Below are positions 40,790-54,719 of a stretch of DNA of 64,000 bases, one piece after another. The position numbers and the translations under genes were made by a program. Position 1 is the first letter of the stretch, and every line of letters begins with the position of its first letter. The stretch comes from Eledone cirrhosa. Its lineage: Eukaryota. Location of the stretch: contig OZ024742.1 of the NCBI GenBank assembly GCA_964016885.1, forward strand, positions 67,518,001-67,582,000, in the 5' to 3' direction. The notes beneath the pieces were generated by a model. It saw nothing but the letters and a program-made list of their open reading frames with translations. It did not search any database and had not been told where the DNA came from.

Positions 40790-40909
40790 TTATTGACACG
40801 TGTTTCTATAACAGTTACATAACCTAAAACAGCTGCTATCTACAAACTTTTAGTTATGCAGACATTCAATATTTCAATGTTATTATTTACTGTTATTTCA
40901 TCAGAATAA
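40790..40909 (-). ncRNA. Type I hammerhead with 91-nt helix II region (inverted pLTR)
   Basis: Reverse complement of 43448-43567. Confidence 0.75.
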
Positions 40910-41097
40910 TATTACTGAGGACCTATTTAGTTTTTATAGAGAATATTAGGAGGGAGGGGTGAAGTTGTTAGAAGAATAGTTGAAGGAGTGGTTTTTCGAT
41001 AGCAGTGAGAATTCTTGGTGGCAGTGAGTAATTAGATTCCCATCTGTTGTTTTGACATTTTTTATAGAATATATTATTGGTTATTTTTCTAAATCTA

Positions 41098-42554
41098 TTC
41101 TAATTATATTAGAAGCTAGGAAAACTATAGTCAAATTTGAGAACAGTTATTGGGTACGTAAAGATAGACCCTCTAACTTTGACATAACAATGGGCACTAA
41201 CGATTCGGCGGAAATAACTGATATTGTGGGGTTATTTATCGCCTTTAGACTCCAGGAAAAATTCAGCAATCTCCACGGCGGAATATACCGCGACGATGTT
41301 CTCCTCCTAGCTAAAAACCTTAATAACCAAAAACTAGAAAAACTACGCAAAGATATAAGAAAACTACTACTCGAAATAGGACTAACTATAACATATGAAT
41401 ACAACCTTAAAGTAGTTAACTTCCTGGATGTCACACTCAATTTAAACTCTGGTTTGATTAAACCGTTTCATAAATTGAATGAAAATCTCAAATACGTAAA
41501 TGTTGGGTCTAACCACCCCATCTCTATAATTAAATCTATCCCTAAAAATATTTCCCTTAGAATCTCGGGTCTATCTTCTAACATACAAGTATTTAAGGAA
41601 CACGCCGAGTACTACGATAACGCCCTTAGTAAAGCAGGCTACCTCAACAAAATAGAGTACATAGATGGGAACAATCAAAACACCCAAAATAAATCCCACA
41701 TAGGTAGATATAATAACACAACACCAAACCACACTTACTACCATAGTATGCACACCAGTAAACCAACAAACAAAACTAATAGAAAGCGATGCAAAGAGTA
41801 CTTATGGTATAACCCCGAATACAATAGTTCCATTAGTACAAATTTACCAGTACTCTTCTTTAAAATAATTAAAAGACATTTTCCTACATCACACAAATAC
41901 CACAAAATCCTAAACCCTACCACTATAAGACTGTCATACTCTACAGCGTTAAACCTTGAACAAAACATAAAAAAGATCAATACTAGAAGGTTAAACGAAA
42001 ACACTAAAAACTTAAGTACAAAGAACACAAAAAAAACAGTAGACAATACACTACAGAACATAAATAAACCACACCTAAGTTCGTCCGCAATACTACTCCA
42101 GAGAAAACCCAACGTACACAACTGTAACTGCACCTATCCTGACAACTGCCCCCTCGGCAATAACTGCCTGGAAAAAAATATTATTTATAAGTGTACCATT
42201 AAATCCGGAGGCAACGAGTGGTATTACGTGGGATCAACGGCAACATCGTTTAAATCTCGATTGTATAGGCATTCTTACTCAATAAAACACCATAGCCAAA
42301 GAAATGTAACAACTTTAGCAGAAAAAGCTTGGACGCTCAGGGATAGCGATCAAAAGTTTACCCTAAAATGGGAGAAATTAGCTAAAACCCAAAGCTTTTC
42401 CAGGAGCCAAAATTTCTGCAAATTGTGTAATCTTGAGATTTATTACATAATCACACACAAGAAGAAACTGCTGAATAACAGAATTGAACGAACATTATTC
42501 TGCCGTCACAGAACTAAAACCCTTTTTTCCCACTACAAGCCGAATATTACATAA
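41098..42554 (+). CDS. PLE polyprotein, C-terminal part (RT domains 4-7, thumb, GIY-YIG); uninterrupted but 5'-truncated
   Basis: FDITMGTNDSAEITDIVG, IYRDD, VNFLDVTL, SNHP, CNC....CPL...CL..NIIYKC, YVGST..FK.R...H..S, CKLC..E, CRH. The ORF-track start (41052) lies inside the inverted pLTR and is not a real start. Confidence 0.93.
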
Positions 42555-42821
42555 AAGAGGGACATCCCCCAACTATATAAACCTTAATCTAGTTAGAAAA
42601 ATATAAAAACAATCTCTTCTCAACATATATTAATAACCTTAAATTACCACACTAATAATGGAAAGATATGCTGATGAGAATAGGTGCAAATATGCGATAA
42701 TGAATATGTCTAAAAACGTCCATAAGTATGTATATATATGTGAAAATGTATATAAATAAGTAAATATATATATATGTTTGATGTGTATAGTTAGATGTAA
42801 GTGTATTCATGTATTAAAGTG

Positions 42822-42883
<62 letters not shown>

Positions 42884-43447
42884 GTATGTATATATGTGTA
42901 TATAGATGTGTATGTATGTGTATGTGTGTACACATGGACTAGAGTATGTATGTATATATGTGTGTGTCTATACGTGTGTATATAAAGATAAGTTGAGTAT
43001 GAAAATGTATACACATGAGCGCGTATGTATGTACATGAATACATGTGTGTATATATATGTGTATGCATGTGTATATATATGTTAGTATGAATATGTGAAT
43101 TGTGAGTATATGTATTTTGTAGAGGTGTGCAAATATATTTGTGTGTGAATGCGTGGGTGAAAGGATACGTACACTTGAAAGAAAAATTTAAGCCTGAATG
43201 TTAATTAAGTGCAAACACAAAACCAACCACGCATATCTTTACTATCGCTAATCCTTCTATAGATTTAGAAAAATAACCAATAATATATTCTATAAAAAAT
43301 GTCAAAACAACAGATAGGAATCTAATTACTCACTGCCACCAAGAATTCTCACTGCTATCGAAAAACCACTCCTTCAACTATTCTTCTAACAACTTCACCC
43401 CTCCCTCCTAATATTCACTATAAAAACTAAATAGGTCCTCAGTAATA

Positions 43448-43567
43448 TTATTCTGATGAAATAACAGTAAATAATAACATTGAAATATTGAATGTCTGCA
43501 TAACTAAAAGTTTGTAGATAGCAGCTGTTTTAGGTTATGTAACTGTTATAGAAACACGTGTCAATAA
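43448..43567 (+). ncRNA. Type I hammerhead with 91-nt helix II region (3' pLTR, sense to ORF)
   Basis: TTATT CTGATGA [A ATAACAGT...ACTGTTAT A] GAAA CACGTG TC AATAA; predicted cleavage after 43562 (GUC). Confidence 0.8.
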
Positions 43568-43601
43568 ATTCCTTTCAACTAAACTGTATCCATTCAAACC
43601 T

Positions 43602-43726
<125 letters not shown>

Positions 43727-44360
43727 CATATATATATATATTTATATATATACATATATATATACATATATATATATACACAGATGTATCGACTGTAAGT
43801 TGTTGGGTCTTTTCTGCATGAAGAACTCGATGTAATACATATGTTGAAAATGTTGTAGGTTAAGATAAATCTCAGAAAACAACAAAACATTAAAAGGAAA
43901 ACAGAGTCTTGATATAAGTTAAAACAATGAAATAAAAAAGTCATTAGAGATATATTTCACTGCTTTACGATCGTTTTATTTGTACGTATGTATATTTTTT
44001 GGTTAGATATCAATATAACTGTACCTCTCACTCTATATAGTGTAGACTATGAAATGTATGTGTTTTAACTATGCCAACATGTATTTATCTGAGTTTGATT
44101 GTCTATGCATAAACATGCTTAGTAATATTTTAGAGCGTATAATATGCTCTATTATACTAAGTACAATCTACCACACCGTACTATATTGTGTTGGTTAAGT
44201 TGTATATTATCGCATTACTATATCTCATTATCTTATTATAATTTTCATCTTTTAATATACTAGCTTTCCTAGCCATAACAATAACTTATATTCACCTTAA
44301 AACTCAATACAGGATGAAAGGCATATATATATACATGTATGTATGTAAACTATATTATTA

Positions 44361-44543
44361 TTGGCAGTATCGGTAGAGGGCCGGACGCCATGCTTTGACG
44401 CATAGAGTTACGGCCCTTGCCATTCTGAGTTCAAATCCTGCCACGGTTAACTTTGCCTTTCATCCTTACGAGGTCGATAAAATAAAGTACCAGTAATGCA
44501 ATGTTTAATTGGTGGCCTTGTGTCAAAATTAGAAACAATTATT
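44361..44543 (+). mobile_element. SINE S1
   Basis: Head, B box, core and tail present. Confidence 0.92.
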
Positions 44544-44604
44544 TTAACAGAGTAATTATATCTTTATATGAATAGTTTTATATGTATGTAAGGTTTATAA
44601 ATAA

Positions 44605-44640
<36 letters not shown>

Positions 44641-46078
44641 ATACATATATGAATTGATGCGCTTGTGTATATCTAAGTATGTCTGCATAACTAACTATGT
44701 GTATGTTGGTCTCTTCATACAAATGCCAATTGGAATATCGGCTGTGAATCACGAAAATATGTATACTCTGTAAGTATATAGGTAGATATGTGTGCACATG
44801 TATGTACCTAATTATATATATGTGTGTGTTTATGTATCTAAGTATGTATGTATATGTACATGTTCATCTGGAAGTATAGATTTGATTATATGCACATCTA
44901 TTTACTGTGTATATATACAAATATAAATTAGCGACAATCGTATTTCGGCTATTGGAAATTAGCGAAACCAACTTCCGAGATGTGTGGCAAGCGCTCAATA
45001 GATTCTAACGAACCAGAGCTACAACATACGTTAAAAGGCCAAACACACTGAGACGATGGTTAAACCATTATCCGCACAGACATAGAAACGACCAAGTAAT
45101 TCGGGTCAAACAAATAAAAAAAAACGTGATTATACATATGATATATATGTGTGTGTGTGTGTGAATGTATGTTTATTTACATATGAGTGTATATCTGAAT
45201 ATGTCTTGTTTAATATATGCTCATAATTTTGTCCCATAAACAATACTTTTCCACCCTTAATAATGCTGTTTTTATAAATATTCCTACTGATTGGTACATT
45301 ATTACTAAATTAAGCTTCTATAATTTTTATATTGATTTTCTTAACATACTATATGGTTAGTATTAAAGTTGGTCGTAACTTTAATTAATAATTATTATTA
45401 AATTTTATTCTATTTTTATTCCTATTACATTTATTTTAGCCTATGTACGTATATTAAATTTAAGAGTCGTCAAACTAAACACTACGTAGTATATTTATCA
45501 CTAATAAATTTACATTTGTGCATTTCATTTTCCATAACTTTTAACGCGTTCCCGAATATATACATATACATTATTTATTGCGCTTATCGATCAACTAATG
45601 ACAATTATTGTTTTAATTATATTTAATAAGTATAATTGTTTGAATGACCACCATCACTTATCATCTTCTACTCTTTTCAGATTTACATGCACGAACGCAC
45701 GTACACACACTATCTTACAACACAAACACATGTAAGCCCATCACCTCAAACCTCACTTCAATAAATGCTCACCGTTGCACATATAAATAGAAAATTACCA
45801 TCAACCTAAATCTACCTTAATATCTTCTTTATGCTTAGGTACATAGACTCAAAAATCTTTAACAAAAGAATTAGAGCGAAATGCCAACATTTGAGAATAA
45901 AACATTATAAGGTTAAACTAATGTGTTCTCTTAGAAGTGATGCCAAATATTGTATAATAACCATGAGAAAACTAATATTATGATGATACAGATCATTTGT
46001 TTCTAATGTTTATACTCATAGGTTTCGATATGACGGATGAGAACATGTATGCAAACAAACATACATACATACACACAC

Positions 46079-46198
<120 letters not shown>

Positions 46199-46584
46199 TC
46201 GAATTATATTTAATTGGCATATTCCCAATCATTGAAAATGTACATTTAAATATAACATTCTACTTTTTACACATATATGCACGCAACGAAATATATATAC
46301 AATTAAACCCATACATATATACTCACAAATACCAAATCAAACATGAACCTTGATATCTGCTCCCCAAATCACAAAAGTACTACCATTTTACTAAATCTAC
46401 ATTCACATCTGCTTTATAATTTGATATACATAGACAAATGTCTGAAATAAATGAATTAGAATGATAGTCCGGCTCATGAGAATAGGGAATTATAAGGTTA
46501 AGCTAATGTACATATTACGAGGTGATGCCAAATAAAATAGATACGGGAGCATAAATGCCGTGATATGATATATATATATATATA

Positions 46585-46588
<4 letters not shown>

Positions 46589-46624
<36 letters not shown>

Positions 46625-49600
46625 TTTCTTTATTAACCACAAGGGTTTACATAAAGTACACATTAAGGACAGTGCAGGACAATACAGGACGGTACAAATG
46701 GGCATTTCTGCGTGTAAAAAACAAAAACAAAAACAGAGGGTGTAACAAAAAATAACCCTGACCACCAAGGCAAGTGCCCTCTCCAAGTTTTCCACCTTTA
46801 ATTTAGAGATATATACTCAGAGTAGGCCCATTTACTCGGGCCATTCTTGCTTCTCTCACCCATCTTTCAACAAAATGCTGGGAAGAGAGAACTTCCCTCT
46901 CTACTCTGATTTTCCTTTTCAAATGAAATTTGAAAAAGTCAATCAGAGCATCACCGAAGAGGTAAGTGCTCGTCTTCAGCCCTTTCAAACGTGTCCACCA
47001 TACTATCTCTTTCGCCATGGCCACCAGACAGATAAAAACTGCCTGCCCTTCCCGGCTAAAGGAGGAGGGCGGGGCAATCCTCACGATGGACTCAGCTGAT
47101 AGCTGGATCCGTCCTAAACGCGACAGCAGGTGTTCGACATAAACCCACAAGTCAGCAATTTTCGGACACTGAACGAGTGCGTGCAGGACGGTTTCGTCGC
47201 CCTGCGCGCATCTCGGACATGCCCGGCTGACGGCACCTCCATGCCTGTAGAGTTTATCCCGAACTGGCAAGGCTCCTCGGTAGCACTGCCAGGCCAGAGA
47301 TTTCTGGAAGTTGTCCATAGGCCCTGGCCCGAAAGTTCATCCGAAGAGATTGGCTAGATGATTTTCGTCAACGCCTAGAGTTTCCCCAAGTACGTCGTCG
47401 CTCTTCCCCTCCACTAATCCTCTATAGAACGCCGAGGTGGAGTTTCCACCGATCACATTGCCCGATTGGTCGAGGCCTGAGAGCGCCTGAAGACATTCCA
47501 GTCTCCAGGCGCTCCCTCTCGGTCTTCGCTTGACCCAGGACTGCAGCTCCGTCAAGGAAACGAGCTGGGGAAATACGTGTCTAGCAAACGGCGACCACAC
47601 CTGATCACCGTCGAGGAAGAGGTGGAGATGTCGTAGCCTGAGCGCGTGCCTGCGCATCATCAGCCACGGCATGCCCAGCCCTCCACGTAGCGGGTGTTGA
47701 CAACAGATGGACCGCCTGACCATAGGAGCGCGTCCCTTCCACAAAAAGCGAAAGAGCAAACGCTCCAGCGCAGTCAGGCGACGCTTAGGACAAGCTACGA
47801 CGGTCAGGCGGTAGCAGTTGACAGACGCGATGTACGCGTTAGCCACCTCCGCTCGACCTTTCAGGGATAGCTTCCTCTCCGCCCATTTCTGGGTGAGAGA
47901 AGCCACCCTGCTCGTCACCTCGTCCCAGTTTTTGTCCGTCTGGGGGTCCGGACCGAACCAGACCCCTAGCAATTTAACCGGTCCGTCCGTCCAGCGTCCG
48001 ACGACGCTGTTGGACGGCATGGACCTGCCTCTCCAGGTGCCGAGCTGCAGGCCCACTGACTTTTCCTGGTTGATCATTGCTCCTGTCACCGCTTCGTATT
48101 CTCTTAGTGTAGTGCCGATCGCCTCGATGTGTTTGGCGTTCGACACCACTACGGTGACATCGTTCGCATATGCTGACACGGATCTTCCGCATCCTAGTTC
48201 GCGCGGGACGCCCCTCAACGTCTCCAGTTTGTGCAGTAATGGCTCGAGAGTCAATACGTACAAGAGGGACGAGAGGGGACATCCTTGGTGGACCGAGCGC
48301 ATGATGTTGAACGGTTCCGACAGGTGACCGTTCACTCTCGCCACAGAGCAGATGTCGCTGTGCATGGCAGCGATCCAGCCTCTGAAGACGGGCCCAAAGC
48401 GAGCCGCCCTCAGGACTGCCGCCAGGTAACGATGGTCGACCCTATCGAAAGCTTTTGACTGATCTAAATTGATCAAGGACCCACCCGTGCCAGGTTCCTT
48501 AGCTACCCTCTCTACGATGTATCGCATGAGCTGGAGCTTGTCGTGGATGGATCTGTCGGGAATGGCGCATGTCTGCGCCTCTCCCACCAGTCCACCAACG
48601 ACAAGCGCCAACCTCTTTGCTAGCACCTTGGCCAAAATCTTGAACTCTGTGTTTAGCAGAGTTATGGGCCGGAAATTATCTATGTTATCGCCCTTGTTCG
48701 GATCCTTTCTCAGCAGTGCCACCGCTCCTCGGCTCACAGAACTGGGAATTCTCCCGTTCTGTTGCCAGTTGCAGTAGACGTCCGCCAAGAGGCCTCCGAA
48801 CAAGTCTGGCATCTGTACGTAAAGTTCATAGGGCAGACCATCCAAACCAGGCGATTTACCCCTTGTGCAGCCAGTCATTGTCTCCCTTACTTTAGCGGCT
48901 GTTATCGGCTTTTCGCAACACTTCGCCTCAGTCGCCGAGAGCCGCGGCAGTCCGTCGAGGTAGACACTAAAGTCCATCCCTCGACCCGGCCTACCGCTGC
49001 CCCCGAACAGCTGAGCGAAGTGTCGCTGAAAAGCTTCACACATTTTCCCGGGATCGAGTAGCATGCGCCCGTCGTGATCCACCAAAGACCGGATCGTGGC
49101 TTTGTTGCCACGACGCGCCTCCGCAACTCGGGCTCATTGAACGGCTTTCGTCCCCTCGTGTCTGAGAGCACGCACCCTTGCTCTGACAACGCAGCCTTCG
49201 TGCTTTGCATTGAAGAATTGGTCAAGGGCCAATTTTGCCGCAAGCACGTCGGTCGCAATGCCTTTGCTATGCGCCTCGTCTAATTTTCTAACTAGTTCTT
49301 CCTCTGCTCTATTTTTCTCTATTGCTAAAGCCTTACTAAACCTAATGGATTCTATTCTAATCGCTCTTTTCAGAGCAAACCACCATTTGTTGTTGACGAT
49401 GGCCCCCGTCAACGCCCGCTTAACTAGTTCGCTAATCCGGTCTCTGTAGGCCTTGCGCGCTGGTAAGGACGCGTTTAGCTTCCAGTAGCCGGGTCCTCGT
49501 CTATGAAGCCTATCTAAGTCAAGCACACAGATCACGAATTTGTGGTCCGTGTAGCTGACTATATTGAATTGTGGACAGCCTATGCTAGACCTATCTATTT

Positions 49601-52580
49601 CCCTACAAAATACTCTATCTAGATATGATCTGGATGACCCTATGCGATTTGTCCAAGTCCACATTGGTACATTCGGGAAATCCAATCGGTACCTGTCAGA
49701 CAGTTCAAAACGCCTGAGCAGGTTGGTGAGGCTCTTGCACCCTCCACCCCTATCCGCTAATCCCACACAGTCCCAGCGTGCATCTAAGATCCCGTTCCAG
49801 TCGCCCACTAACACTAAAGAGCGGGACGTTCCAAGAAAGGTCTCCAGACGCCGGAAGAATCAGGCCGCCCTGCTCCTGTCGGGGCATAGACGGCCACTAG
49901 CCTGAAAGCTTGCCCGTGTCCGCTGGTCACGTCCAGCACCACCAGCTTACCCTCTGGGTCCAGGAAGATGGCCCGTATGGCGAGATCCAAACCTCTCCGA
50001 AAAAGCACAGCAACTCCTCCCCCCGATCCAGGACGGCTGGGAGATGGGTACACATCGTAGCTGCCGAAGATCGGTGCGAAGGCTCGTGCTTCGGAGATTC
50101 TGATCTCGCTGATGGCCACTACATCTATGTTTAGTGGCCTGAGGTCGTTGAGCAGCTGACCCTGCTTCCATGACGACCCCAAGCCACGCGCATTTATGCT
50201 GCCTATTCTGAGTGAGGTCATGTTTAAAATAGAGTGGAAAAGATGGGAAAGACCTCTTACCGTACTTTTCGTAGAGGAGGGATGGTTTTTACATCCCTTT
50301 TCACTTGATCGTCTGGTGAAGGGACCGTTGAATCGTCCCTTCGGCTGGTTCTTGGCTCTTCTATGAGTATGTCTGAATATACTCTTCGATTGATAGTTCC
50401 TCCTAGGTCCCTGAAATCACCAACTGCGTTGGGGAATTTCGTTTTAATGTTTGTGTATTGTTTCTGTGCTATTTTTAGCAGTCTTATGTTAGTTGGCGTT
50501 TTGATTGGTGCTGGTATTATGTAGTCGTGTTGTGAAATGTCTGTGTGTTCAATTATGTAAGTCATTAGTTTCTTGTTGTGTGTATTTATTGCCGTGCATT
50601 TGTTTTTCTGGGGGTGGGGTGTGGTTCTGCTATTTTCTTGTCGTTGTTGCTGGGTGTGTGTGTTTTGTTATTGTGTTTGCGATGTTGGTGCTTGTGGTGG
50701 TGGTGTTGAAGGTGTTGTTGGCGCTGGGGTTTTCGCCGGTGGTGATGGTGGTGCTAGTGTGGGTGGTGATGGTGTTGGGGGTGTTGCTGCTGTGAGTCAC
50801 TTTGCAGTAAACTTTACCCTTTTCTCATTTCTTTCCTCCCTTTTCAAAGGCGACGATGCGCTGATTCTGCGTTTGTGCCTTCTTACGACCTTTTGCCATC
50901 CCTCTCCCACCTCACACTCCATGTCTGATTCTGTGAGGTCGGGGAGGGGTACCAGCTCCACTCTTTCACTTGTTGTTGTTGGTGATGTTTGCACTGGAGT
51001 CTCTGTTGCAGCTGCATTTGGTATTGCTGTTGTTGTTGTTAATATTTCCACTGCTGCTGCTGTTTTTGATTTCCGTGGCGTGGGTATGGGTGCCACGGAC
51101 CTATCATTCCTGGTTGCCGCTTGTCCTGTTGCTGGTAGCTGTGGAACCGGTTTCGGAAGGAGGGGGGGGTTTCTCCTTTCTCAGGGTCTTCTCGTTGCAG
51201 AAGGCCCTGAGGTGAGTCTTCTATCCACAGCGAAAGCATTTCGGGCGTTTGCCCTCAACACTTATGGGCAGTTGAGTGCCGTTATCGAAGTCTATCACAT
51301 CCGGGATAGCTTCGATGCACTCCTGGTTGGTTTGGATTAGCATCTCAATGGAGGTGCCGACTCAATCTTCTCTTACTTTTTCTGTACTTGCAGTACAGTT
51401 GTTTTGTCCTCGATTCCGACGAGGACAGACGCGGCCAGCCCAGAAGGGGCCATCCCGGGGGAGGACGTGGGTTAGTTTGACCCTCACAATTTTTTGCCCG
51501 CAGTAGGAGGGCGCCAACACCATTTCCTCGCTCCTTAGGGTCACTACGGATTGAGCCTTTGCCTCCTGGGGTGTGGCAAAAAAGTACGTCTACGGTGGCA
51601 TAGTTTTTGCCTCAGGTGATGTGCGTTTTCCGCTGCCACACAGACCCCAAGGCTTTTTGTATCTGAGCCTCTGTGGCTCTTTCAACCCTACGGGATTTTG
51701 TACTTACTGTACGGTACGTGACCGTACAGTGCTGTTGGGTTTCGAAAAAAATTTCCGCTGCCTTGCAGATTGCTCGGTGTCCAGTCTTTGTCACCATCTT
51801 TTTCGCTTCCTCTAATTCCTCATTTGTTATGAGGATTGTTTCCAGGTTCTTCGCAATACCCGCAGTTTAGATTGGTTTTTCTTTGCTGCTGTTGTTGTTG
51901 TTGCCGTCAGAGCTGCTGTTACTTTTGTTGTTGCTGCAGGTACTACGACTACTGCCTCCGCCGCTGTTGCTGTGGTTGTTGTTGGTGTTGCTGCTGCTAA
52001 TGCTGTTGTTGTTTATGCTGCTGGTGATGCTGTTGCGGCTGCTACTGTTGTTTTCATTGTCACTGTTGCTGTTGTTATTACGGCTGCTACTGCTATTATT
52101 CCTGACGTCAGACGAATGAAATGGGTTTTCGTATTTCCCGCACACCTGTTTCGTCGTTGTCGTCGTCGTCGTGGAGAAATCTTGCACGCTTTGCACGAGA
52201 CTTTTCTTTTCTGTCGTCGCTTGCGAAAGAGAAGGGAGGGAGAGAGACACATTTAAAGAAGGGAGGGAGAGAGACAATCTTCTCTCTGCTGTAGTGATGA
52301 TTGAGGAAGAAGAAGACGGAATGAGTGGGAGTGACCTATGAAAATTCTTTTTCGTAGCCATGTTGTTTTTTTTTTTGTTTAAAATAAATATTGGGCACAA
52401 AACCCCAATAAGCAGTCATTTAACCCCGAAGGGCCAAATAACGGGCAGAAAGACCCCTCTCACGAGGAGGAGGGTGTTTTTGTCTACAAGTTCGTTAATG
52501 TTTTAAACAATTTACAATTGTTATAGCGCTCAAAATTTACAATACTTTACAGAGCCGAGCCTCCGTCAAACATAGCATTC
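46589..52580 (-). mobile_element. Near full-length Tx1-like (L1-group) LINE, inactivated
   Basis: ORF1 (~52361-50257, broken) has a Ser/Asn-rich region and a zinc knuckle CFRCG*KTHLRAFC at ~51195-51240. ORF2 50221-46803 is in four frameshifted pieces. 3' tail (TTA)n; the 5' boundary is approximate. Confidence 0.92.
46803..50221 (-). pseudogene. Tx1-like ORF2: APE endonuclease + RT + C-terminal CCHC finger
   Basis: SINARGL, VYAP, GDWN, SYLDRVF, TDH (APE); KSPGLDG, FRPITLLN, DQSKAFDRVDH, QGCPLS, AYAND (RT, YADD mutated); CPRC...ETVLHALVQC. Frameshifts near 49860, 49100 and 47330. Confidence 0.95.
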
Positions 52581-52614
<34 letters not shown>

Positions 52615-54499
52615 TTAACAATGAAGATATAAAAATATAAAATAAACTATGCATAAATATAACAAAATAAATTCCCCGATAGGGGTTGGACGACCCTGGC
52701 GTGACTCGGGTACCCCACCAATCCTGAACCACCCCCGATGGACCGATCGGGAGAGCCGAAATGGTTCCGAGAGGTGGCCATTAAACTTGACCACCGAGCG
52801 TGTGCCTCTATGCATTACAGCGATCTAGCTTCTGAAGACAGGGCCGAAGCCAGCTGCTTTGAGGACAAACTCCAGATTCCGATGGTAGACCCTGTCTATG
52901 ATGTATCACATGAGGTGGATACTGTCGTGTATGGACCTGGCTGGGATTGCGCAAGTTTGCGCCTCCCCAACCAAATCCTCGACGACAAGCGCCAATCTCT
53001 TTGCTAACACCTTGGCCAAAATCTTAAACTCTGTGCTGAGCAGAGTTATGGGCCTGATGTTGTCTAATTTATCCCTCTTGTTCTCGTCTTTCCTTATCAG
53101 CGTCACCAATCCCCTGCTTACAGAACTGGGAATACTCCCATTCTGCTGCCAGTTGCAGTAGAGTGCTTCGAGGAGATCGAAGAACAGGTCTGGCATATTT
53201 ACGTAAAGCTCGTAGGGCAGGCCACCCAAACCGGGTGACTTGCCCCTCATGAAGCCGACAAGGGCGTCCTGAATTTCGGCTGAAGTAATCGGCTTTTCGC
53301 AGCGCTCAGCGTCGACCGTAGAGATGCGCGGTAAGCCGTCAAGGTACGGACTGAAATCCGCTACTCTCTCTGACTCGCCACTCTTCCCGGACAACCGAGC
53401 AAAGTGCTGGCGAAAGGCCTACCACATACGCTTGGAATCGCTTATCTCGTGTCCGTCTCGGTTCGCCAAAGACCGAATTGTGGTTTTATTACCACGCTGC
53501 GCCTCCGCCACGCGGGCCATCGAACAGCTTTGGTTCCCTCGTTTCTCTGACAATGCAACCTTCGTGTTTCGCATTGAAGAAATGGTCCAATGCCATTCTC
53601 GTCGCTAGCACGCCAGTTGCAATGCCACTACAAATAGCCTCGTCTAACTTATCTACCAGCTCCCCCTCCTTTCTATTTTTCTCTAACGCTTGTTCTTTGC
53701 TGAACTCTATCGAAGTTACTCTAATCTCTCCTTTGAGAGCCCCCGACCATCTGTTGTTGATGATCCCCCCTGTCAACTTTTGCTTAACTAAATTGTTGAC
53801 TCGGTCCCTGTAAGCCTTACGTGTCGGAAATGACATGTTCAGCTTCCAGTAACCCGGTTCTAACCTACGCGTTTTATCGAGGTAGACCGTACAGATCACA
53901 AATTTGTGTTCTGAATAGGCGACCGTTTTAAGACGTGGGGAGCCCACACTATTTCTATCTATTTTCCTAATGAAGATCCTGTCTATATACGATCTAGATG
54001 ACCCCATTCGGTTGGTCCATGTCCATACTGGCACATTGGGGAAATCTAGTCGATACCTGTCAGACAGTTGGAACAGGCTGAGTAAGTGCTTGAGGCTTTT
54101 GCACCCTCCGCTCCTATCGGCTACTCCCACACAATCCCAGCGTGCGTCTAAAATGCCATTCCAGTCCCCCGCTAACAGTAAAGGGCGAGACGTAACCAGA
54201 AAGGTCTCCAGGCGCCTAAAGAAGTCCGGTCGTCCGGCCCCAGTAGGGGCGTAGACGGCCAGCAGTCTAAAAGCACCACCTTCGCTACTGCTCACATCCA
54301 AGACTACCAACTTACCGTCTGATAGTCGTCGAAAATGGGGGCTAGTGCGCGCGTGTCGGAAATGCTGGTCTCACTGACGGCAATCACATCAATTTCCAGC
54401 AACCTGAGATCGTTGAGCAGGCGACCCTACTTCCAGGGTGACCCCAGGCCGCGAACATTTAAACTTCCTACTCTTAATATGGCCATGTTGGTAAGCTAA

Positions 54500-54500
<1 letters not shown>
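52581..54500 (-). mobile_element. Second, diverged Tx1-like copy; starts just before the ORF2 ATG, with large internal deletions
   Basis: MAILRVGSLNVRGL from 54486; APE and RT N-terminal fragments (53489-54310, 52906-53394, NGHLSEPFRLSRSVHRG) jump to a 3' UTR and (TTA)n tail at 52581-52612. Confidence 0.9.
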
Positions 54501-54556
<56 letters not shown>

Positions 54557-54719
54557 GGGATTGTGTGGGAGTAGCCGATAGGAGCGGAGGGTGCAAAAGC
54601 CTCAAGCACTTACTCAGCCAGTTCCAACTGTCTGACAGGTATCGACTAGATTTCCCCAATGTGCCAGTATGGACATGGACCAACCGAATGGGGTCATCTA
54701 GATCGTATATAGACAGGAA

